This document shows positions 55,001 to 64,000 of a DNA stretch of 64,000 nucleotides, piece by piece; position 1 is the first letter of the stretch; every line of letters starts with the position of its first letter. Source of the stretch: Eledone cirrhosa (lineage: Eukaryota); assembly GCA_964016885.1 (NCBI GenBank), contig OZ024743.1, positions 141,050,001-141,114,000 of the forward strand, written 5' to 3'. Position numbers and translations under genes: made by a program. The notes under the pieces were generated by a model, which did not search any database, was not told the origin of the DNA, and saw only the letters and a program-made list of their open reading frames with translations.

Positions 55001-58000
55001 CAAGCACCCAGAACCAAGCACCAAGCACCAAACACCAAGCACCAAGCACCGAGCACCAAACACCAAGAACCAAGCACCAAGCTCTAAACACCAAACACCA
55101 AACACCAAACACCAAACAGCAAATGCCAAAAAGCAAACGCCAAACCCCAAACCCCAAACGCCAAACAGCAAACGCCAAGCGCCAAACGCCAAACACCAAG
55201 CGCCAAGCACCAAACACCAAACACCAAGCACCAAGCACCAAACACCAAACACCAAGCACCAAGTACCAAACACCAAACACCAAGCACCAAACACCAAACA
55301 GCAAACGCCAAAAAGAAAACGCCAAACCACATACGCCAAACAGCAAATGCCAAACCCCAAACGCCAAACAGCAAACGCCAAGCACCGAACACCAAACACC
55401 AAGCGCCAAGCACCAAACACCAAACACCAAGCACCAAGCACCAAACACCAAACACCAAGCACCAATCACCAAACACCAAGCACCAAGCGCCAAGCACCAA
55501 GCACCAAACACCTAGCACCAAGCACCAAGCACCAAACACCAAGTACCAAACACCAATCACCAAGTCCCAAGCACCAAACACCAAGCACCAAGCACCAAAC
55601 ACCAAACACCAAGCACCAAGCACCCAGAACCAAGCACCAAGCACCAAACACCAAGCACCAAGCACCGAGCACCAAACACCAAGAACCAAGCACCAAGCAC
55701 TAAACACTAAACACCAAACACCAAGCGCCAAGCACCAAACACCAAACACCAAGCACCAAGCACCAAACACCAAACACCAAGCACAAATCACCAAACACCA
55801 AACACCAAGCGCCAAACACCAAACACCAAACACCTAGCACCAAGCACCAAGCACCAAACACCAAGCACCAAACACCAAGCACCAAGCACCAAGCACCAAG
55901 CACCAAACACCAAACACCAAGCACCAAGCACCAAACACCAAACACCAAGCACCAATCACCAAACACCAAGCACCAAGCGCCAATCACCAAACACCAAACA
56001 CCTAGCACCAAGCACCAAGCACCAAACACCAAGTACCAAACACCAATCACCAAGCCCCAAGCACCAAACACCAAGCGCCAAGCACCAAACAGCAAACACC
56101 AAGCACCAAGCACCCAGAACCAAGCACCAAGCACCAAACACCAAGCACCAAGCACCGAGCACCAAACACCAAGAACCAAGCACCAAGCTCTAAACACCAA
56201 ACACCAAACACCAAACACCAAACAGCAAATGCCAAAAAGCAAACGCCAAACCCCAAACCCCAAACGCCAAACAGCAAACGCCAAGCGCCAAACGCCAAAC
56301 ACCAAGCGCCAAGCACCAAACACCAAACACCAAGCACCAAGCACCAAACACCAAACACCAAGCACCAAGTACCAAACACCAAACACCAAGCACCAAACAC
56401 CAAACAGCAAACGCCAAAAAGAAAACGCCAAACCCCATACGCCAAACAGCAAATGCCAAACCCCAAACGCCAAACAGCAAACGCCAAGCACCGAACACCA
56501 AACACCAAGCGCCAAGCACCAAACACCAAACACCAAGCACCAAGCACCAAACACCAAACACCAAGCACCAATCACCAAACACCAAGCACCAAGCGCCAAG
56601 CACCAAACACCAAACACCTAGCACCAAGCACCAAGCACCAAACACCAAGTACCAAACACCAATCACCAAGTCCCAAGCACCAAACACCAAGCACCAAGCA
56701 CCAAACACCAAACACCAAGCACCAAGCACCCAGAACCAAGCACAAAGCACCAAACACCAAGCACCAAGCACCGAGCACCAAACACCAAGAACCAAGCACC
56801 AAGCACTAAACACCAAACACCAAACACCAAGCGCCAAGCACCAAACACCAAAGACCAAGCACCAAGCACCAAACACCAAACACCAAGCACAAATCACCAA
56901 ACACCAAACACCAAGCGCCAAACACCAAACACCAAACACCTAGCACCAAGCACCAAGCACCAAACACCAAGCACCAAACACCAAGCACCAAGCACCAAGC
57001 ACCAAGCACCAAACACCAATCACCAAGCCCCAAGCATCAAACACCAAGCACCCAGCACCAAACACCAAACACCAAGCACCAAGCACCCAGAACAAAGCAC
57101 CAAGCACCAAACACCAAACACCAAGCACCAAACCCCAAGCACCAAACACCAAGCACCAATCACCAAACACCGAACACCAAGAACCAAGCACCAAGCACCA
57201 AACACCAAGCACCAAGCACCAAGCACCAAGCACCAAGCACCAAACACCAAGCACCAAGTACCACACACCAAACACCAAGCACCAAGCACCAAACACCAAA
57301 CACCAAACACCAAGCCCAAATCACCAAAGAGCAAAAACAAAACACCACTCACCAAAGACCAAACACCAAGCACCAAACACCAAACACCAAACACCAAACA
57401 CCAAACAGCAAACACCAAACACCAAGTAGCAAAAACCAAAGAGCAAACTCCAAGCACCAAACAGCAAACACAAAACACCAAAGAGCAAACAGCAAACAGC
57501 AAACTCCAAACACCAAACACCAAGCACCAAGCACCAAATCACAAGCACCAAACACCAAGCACCAATCACCAAACACCAAGCACCAAGCACCAAACACCAA
57601 ACACCAAGCACCAAGTACCAAACACCAAATACCAAGCACCAAACACTAAACAGCAAACGCAAAAAAGCAAATGCCAAACCCCAAACGCCAAACAGCAAAC
57701 GCCCAGCACCAAACACCAAACACCAAGCGCCAAGCACCAAACACCAAACACCAAGCACCAAGCACCAAACACCAAACACCAAGCACAAATCACCAAACAC
57801 CAAACACCAAGCGCCAAACACCAAACACCAAACACCTAGCACCAAGCACCAAGCACCAAACACCAAGCACCAAACACCAAGCACCAAGCACCAAGCACCA
57901 AGCACCAAGCACCAAACACCAATCACCAAGCCCCAAGCATCAAACACCAAGCACCCAGCACCAAACACCAAACACCAAGCACCAAGCACCCAGAACAAAG

Positions 58001-61000
58001 CACCAAGAACCAAACACCAAACACCAAGCTCCAAGCACCAAACACCAAACACCAAGCACCAAGCACCAATCACCAAACACCAAACACCAAGCACCAAGCA
58101 CCAAACACCAAACACCAAGCACCAATCACCAAACACCAAGCCCCAAGCGCCAAACACCAAACACCAAACACCTAGCACCAAGCACCAAGCACCGAACACC
58201 AAGCACCAAACACCAAGCACCAAGCACCAAGCACCAAGCACCAAACACCAATCACCAAGCCCCAAGCACCAAACACCAAGCACCAAGCACCAAACACCAA
58301 ACACCAAGCACCAAGCACCCAGAACCAAACAGCAAACACCAAACACCAAACACCAAACACCAAACAGCAAACACCAAACAGCAAACACCAAACAGCAAAC
58401 AGCAAACAAGCACCAAGCACCAAACACCAAGCACCAAGCACCAAACAACAACACCAAGCACCAAGCACCAAACACCAAGCGCCAAGCACCAAACACCAAA
58501 CACCAAGCTCCAAGCACCAAACACCATACACCAAGCACCAAGCACCAAACACCAATCACCAAGCACCAAGCACCAAACCCCAAGCACCAAACACCAAGCA
58601 CCAATCACCAAACACCAAACACCCAGCACCAAGCACCAAACACCAAGCACCAAGCACCAAACACCAAACACCAAGCACCAAGTACCAAACACCAAACACC
58701 AAGCACCAAGCACCAAACACCAAACACCAAGCACCAAGCACCAAACACCAAACACCAGGCTCCAAGCACAAAACACCAAGCACCAAGCACCAAGCAACAA
58801 ACACCAAACACCAAGCACCAAACACCAAGCACCAAGCCCCAAGCACCAAACACCAAGCACCAAGCACCAAACACCAAGCACCAAGCACCAAGCACCATGC
58901 ACGAAACACCAAGCACCAAGCACCAAACAGCAAACACCAAACAGCAAACACCAAACAGCAAACACCAAACAGCAAACACCAAACACCAAGCACCAAGCAC
59001 CAAACACCATACGCCAAACACCAAACACCAAGCACCAAGCACCAAACACCAAGCACCAAGCACCAAAGACCAAACACCAAGCACCAAGCACGAAACACCA
59101 AGCACCAAGCACCGAGCACCAAACACCAAACACCAAACACGAAGCACCAAGCACCAAACACCAAACACCAAGAACCAAGCACCAAACACCAAATACCAAG
59201 CACCAAGCACTAAACACCAAACACCAAGCACCAAACACCAAGCACCAAGCACCAAGCACCAAGCACCAAACACAAAACACCAAGTACCAAGCACCAAGCA
59301 CCAAACACCAAACACCAAACACCAAGCACCAAGCACCAAACACCAAACACCAAGCACCAAGCACCAGAGACCAAGCACCAAGCACCAAGGACCAAACACC
59401 AAACACCAAACACCAGGCACAAAGCACCAAACACCAAGCACCAAGCACCAAACACCAAAGACCAAGCACAAAGCACCAAAGAGCAAAAACAAAGCACCAA
59501 GCACCAAACACCAAACACCAAACACCAAACAGCAAACACCAAACACCAAATAGCAAACACCAAAGGGCAAACTCCAAACACCAAACAGCAAACACAAAAC
59601 ACCAAACAGCAAACAACAAACAGCAAACAGCAAACAGCAAACAGCAAACACCAAACACCAAGCACCAAGCACCAAGCACCAAACACCAACACCAAGCACC
59701 AAGCACCAAACACCAAGCACCAAGCACCAAACACCAAACACCAAGCTCCAAGCACCAAAAAAAAAAAACACCAAGCACCAAACCCCAAGCACCAAACACC
59801 AAGCACAAAACACCAAGCACCAAGCACCAAACAACAAACATCAAACAGCAATCACCAAACATCAAACAGCAAACAACAAACACCAAACACCAAACATCAA
59901 ACACCAAACAGCAAACAACAAACAACAAACGCCAAACATCAAACGCCAAACACCAAACGCCAAATAGCAAACACCAAACCGCAAACACCAAACACCAAAC
60001 AGCAAACACCAAACACCAAACAGCGAACTCCAAACAGCAAACACCAAACAGCAAACAGCAAACAGCAAACACCAAACACCAAACACCAAGCACCAAACTC
60101 CAAACACCAAGCACCAAGCACCAAGCACAAAACACCAAGCACCAAGCGCTAAACATAAAACACTAAGCACCAAGCACCAAGCACCAAGCACCAAACACCA
60201 AACATCAAACACCAATCACCAAACATCAAACAGCAAACACCAAACACCAAACACCAAACATCAAACACCAAATAGCAAACAACAAACAACAAACGCCAAA
60301 CATCAAACGCCAAACACAAACACCAAATAGCAAACACCAAACCGCAAACACCAAACACCAAACAGCAAACACCAAACACCAAACAGCGAACACCAAACAG
60401 CAAACACCAAACAGCAAACACCAAACACCAAGCACCAAACACCAAACACCAAGCACGAAGCACCAAGCACAAAACACCAAGCACCAAGCACCAAACACCA
60501 AGCACCAAACACCAAACACCAAGCACCAAGCGCCAAACACCAAGCACCAAGCACCAAGCACGAAACACCAAGCACCAATCACCAAACACCAAACACCAAG
60601 CACCAAACACCAAACAGCAAACACCAAACACCAAACAGTAAACACCAAACACCAAACAGCAAACACCAAACACCAAACACCAAACAGCAAACACCAAACA
60701 CCAAACACCAAACAGCAAACACCAAACATACAGCAAACAGCAAACACCAAGCAGCAAACACCAAACAGCAAACACCAAACACCAAACACCAAATAGCAAA
60801 CACCAAACAGCAAACACCAAACAGCAAACACCAAACAGCAAACACCAAACAGCAAGCACCAAGCACCATGCACCAAACGCCAAGCACCAAGCACCAAACA
60901 CCAAGCACCAAGCACCAAGCACCAAACACCAAGCACCAAAGACCAAGCACCAAATACCAAGCACCAAGCACCAAACACCAATCACCAAGCACCAAGCACC

Positions 61001-61495
61001 AAACACCAAGAACCAAGCACCAATCACTAAACACCAAACACCAAGCTCCAAGCACCAAACACCAAACACCAAGCACCAAGTACCAAACACCAAACACCAA
61101 ACACCAAGCACCAAGCACCAAATCCCAAGCACCAAACACCAAGCACCAAGCACCAAACACCAAACACCAAGCACGAAGCACCAAGCATCAAATACCAAAC
61201 ACCAAACACCAAGCACCACACATCAAACACCAAGCACGAAGCACCAATCGCCAAGCACCAAGCACCAAGCAATAAACACAAAGCACCAAGCACCAAGCAC
61301 CAAGCACCAAGCACCAAGCACCAAGCACCAAACACCAAGCACCAAGCACCCAACACCAAACACCAATCACCAAGCACCAAAGAGCAAACACGAAGCCCCA
61401 AGCACCAAACACCCAACACCAAACACCAAACATCAAACACCAATCACGAATCACAAAACACCAAACACCAAACATCAAACACCAATCACGAATCA
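41920..61495 (+). repeat. Long-range duplication, offset ~14.9-15.2 kb: ~41920-46545 recurs at ~57130-61495, and both copies are followed by domain-C units
   Basis: GTACCACACACC at 42048/57258 (15210). ORF offsets 42544/57671 (15127), 43805/58897 (15092) and 45930/60868 (14938). GGGCAAA at 44473/59565. Confidence 0.92.
47000..56950 (+). repeat. Domain C: tandem array of ~2.1-2.45 kb higher-order units (four full plus one partial) with an internal 616-bp sub-repeat
   Basis: GCTCTAAAC at 48179, 50622, 52974, 55081 and 56187 (spacings 2443, 2352, 2107, 1106). ORF families 47414/49857/51999/54316 and 47948/48564 (616). A 210-bp local duplication lies at 52161/52371. Confidence 0.92.
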
Positions 61496-61499
61496 CCAA

Positions 61500-64000
61500 G
61501 CACCAAACACCAAACACCAAGCACCAAGCACCAAGCACCAAACACCAAACACCAAGCACCAAGCACTAAACACCAAACACCAAGCACCAAGCACCAAGCA
61601 CCAAACACCAAGCACCAAGCACCAAGCACCAAACACCAAGCACCAAGCACCAAACACCAAACACCAAGCACCAAACACCAAGCACCAAACAGCAAGCACC
61701 AAGCACCAAGCACCAGACACCAAGCACCAAGCACCAAACACCAAACACCAAGCACCAAGCACTAAACACCAAACACCAAGCACCAAGCACCAAGCACCAA
61801 GCACCAAGCACCAAACACCAAGCACCAAGCACCAAGCACCAAGCACCAAGCACCAAACACCAAGCACCAAGCACCAAACAGCAAACACCAAGCACCAAGC
61901 ACCAAACACCAAGCACGAAGCACCAAGCACCATGCACCAAACACCAAGCACCAAGCACCAAACAGCAAACACCAAACAGCAAACACCAAACACCAAACAC
62001 CAACCAGCAAACACCAAACACCAAACACCAAACACCAAACACCAAACAGCAAACACCAAACAGCAAACACCAAACACCAAACACCAAACAGCAAATGCCA
62101 AAAAGCAAACGCCAAACCCCAAACGCCAAACAGCAAATGCCAAACCCCAAACGCCAAACAGGAAACGCCAAGCGCCAAACGCCAAACACCAAGTGTCAAG
62201 CACCAAACACCAAACACCAAGCACCAAGCACCAAGCACCAAACACCAAACACCAAGCAACAAGTACCAAACACCAAACACCAAGCACCAAACACCAAACA
62301 GCAAACGCCAAAAAGCAAACGCCAAACCCCATACGCCAAACAGCAAATGCCAAACCCCAAACGCCAAACAGCAAACGCCAAGCACCAAACACCAAACACC
62401 AAGCGCCAAGCACCAAACACCAAACACCAAGCACCAAGCACCAAACACCAAACACCAAGCACCAATCACCAAACACCAAGCACCAAGCGCCAAGCACCAA
62501 ACACCAAACACCTAGCACCAAGCACCAAGCACCAAACACCAAGTACCAAACACCAATCACCAAGCCCCAAGCACCAAACACCAAGCGCCAAGCACCAAAC
62601 ACCAAACACCAAGCACCAAGCACCCAGAACCAAGCACCTAGCACCAAACACCAAGCACCAAGCACCGAGCACCAAACACCAAGAACCAAGCACCAAGCTC
62701 TAAACACCAAACACCAAACACCAAGCACCAAACACCAAACACCAAACACCAAACACCAAACAGCAAATGCCAAAAAGCAAACGCCAAACCCCAAACGCCA
62801 AACAGTAAATGCCAAACCCCAAACGCCAAACAGCAAACGCCAAGCGCCAAACGCCAAACACCAAGCGCCAAGCACCAAACACCAAACACCAAGCACCAAG
62901 CACCAAACACCAAACACCAAGCACCAAGTACCAAACACCAAACACCAAGCACCAAACACCAAACAGCAAACGCCAAAAAGCAAACGCCAAACCCCATACG
63001 CCAAACAGCAAATGCCAAACCCCAAACGCCAAACAGCAAACGCCAAGCACCGAACACCAAACACCAAGCGCCAAGCACCAAACACCAAACACCAAGCACC
63101 AAGCACCAAACACCAAACCCCAAGCACCAATCACCAAACACCAAGCACCGAGCGCCAAGCACCAAACACCAAACACCTAGCACCAAGCACCAAGCACCAA
63201 ACACCAAGTACCAAACACCAATCACCAAGCCCCAAGCACCAAACACCAAGCACCAAGCACCAAACACCAAACACCAAGCACCAAGCACCCAGAACCAAGC
63301 ACCAAGCACCAAACACCAAGCACCAAGCACCGAGCACCAAACACCAAGAACCAAGCACCAAGCACTAAACACCAAACACCAAGCACCAAGCACCAAACAC
63401 CAAACACCAAGCACCAAACACCAAACAGCAAACGCCAAAAAGCAAACGCCAAACCCCATATGCCAAACAGCAAATGCCAAACTCCAAACGCCAAACAGCA
63501 AACGCCAGGCACCAAACACCAAACACCAAGCGCCAAGCACCAAACACCAAACACCAAGCACCAAGCACCAAACACCAAACACCAAGCACCAATCACCAAA
63601 CACCAAGCACCAAGCGCCAAGCACCAAACACCAAACACCTAGCACCAAGCACCAAGCACCAAACACCAAGCACCAAACACCAATCACCAAGCCCCAAGCA
63701 CCAAACACCAAGCACCAAGCACCAAACACCAAACACCAAGCACCAAGCACCAAGGACCAAGCACCAAACACCAAGCACCAAGCACCGAGCACCAAACACC
63801 AAGAACCAAGCACCAAGCACTAAACACCAAACACCAAGCACCAAGCACCAAACACCAAACACCAAGCACCAAGCACCAAATCCCAAGCACCAAACACCAA
63901 GCACCAATCACCAAACACCAAACACCAAGCACCAAGCACCAAACTCCAAAAACCAAGCACCAAGCACCAAGCACCAAACACCAAACGCCAAACACCAAAC
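61500..64000 (+). repeat. Further, more diverged domain-C unit
   Basis: GCTCTAAAC at 62697. ORFs 61932, 62095, 62466 and 63131 parallel 47414, 47577, 47948 and 48564. Confidence 0.85.

Larger units (their letters stand above)
1..64000 (+). repeat. Heptamer satellite array (CACCAAR)n with CAGCAAA and rarer variants; runs off both window ends
   Basis: Every line parses into 7-bp units, e.g. from position 5: CACCAAA CACCAAA CAGCAAA. The + strand is almost entirely C/A with very little T. All + ORFs translate to (TKHQ[AT]P[SN])n and all - ORFs to (WCLV[FL]G[AV])n, the signature of a 7-bp period. Confidence 0.99.

Noticed and set aside
47570-56490. Recurring cassette A separated by variable sequence as a CRISPR-like array
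   Set aside because: The intervening sequence is the same satellite rather than unique spacers. Spacing is hundreds of bp, the cassette is not palindromic, and there are no cas genes.
252-63998. All ORFs in the six-frame track as protein-coding genes (e.g. 2881..5553, 12245..15502, 52977..55511, 57671..60166)
   Set aside because: They overlap in all six frames and are pure heptad repeats with no unique domain. They start and stop wherever a rare T-containing variant creates a start or stop codon.
1-64000. Bacterial heptamer repeats such as cyanobacterial STRR
   Set aside because: Those are short intergenic runs among genes. A gene-free array of at least 64 kb with nested kb-scale duplications fits eukaryotic satellite DNA far better.
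1-64000. Canonical G-quadruplex array on the minus strand
   Set aside because: The consensus has only GG runs with 5-nt loops, so at most weak two-tetrad structures. GGGG runs occur only one to three at a time in cassette A or as isolated CCCCAAR units.
1-64000. Pure sequencing or basecalling artefact
   Set aside because: Rare variants recur faithfully at fixed multi-kb offsets with graded divergence, which random error would not generate. Individual near-identical duplicates could still be assembly errors.
1-64000. Embedded transposon, inversion, tRNA or rRNA fragment
   Set aside because: I found no stretch departing from the 7-mer register for more than a few bases and no G/T-rich inverted segment on the + strand.

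Overview
The whole 64-kb window is one uninterrupted, single-orientation satellite array of a 7-bp monomer. The consensus is CACCAAR (CACCAAA / CACCAAG; minus strand YTTGGTG), with roughly 9,100 monomers (64000/7). CAGCAAA is the third most common unit, and there is a vocabulary of rarer in-phase variants (CGCCAAA, TGCCAAA, CCCCAAA, CACTAAA, CATCAAR, CACCAAT, TACCAAG, AACCAAG and others). I see no unique sequence, credible gene, RNA gene, transposon or CRISPR array. Every ORF in the track is a by-product of a stop-poor 7-mer. The real information lies in how the variants are arranged. Rare monomers act as barcodes that reveal nested higher-order repeats with periods of 3017, ~2960-2990, 6872, ~1357-1441, 1301, ~5300-5450, 2420, 4466, 2100-2450 and ~15,100 bp. 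They also mark compositional domains at about 1-20.3 kb, 20.3-46.5 kb and 46.5-57 kb, followed by a re-run of the 42-49 kb material. The monomer is strand-asymmetric and telomere-like: it is 2 mismatches from CCCTAAA, and one exact in-phase CCCTAAA sits at 5709. The best reading is a eukaryotic centromeric or (sub)telomeric simple satellite with higher-order structure. Organism and function cannot be determined from this window. Block boundaries are approximate (about +/-50-100 bp); offsets come from matched rare markers and duplicated ORF coordinates.
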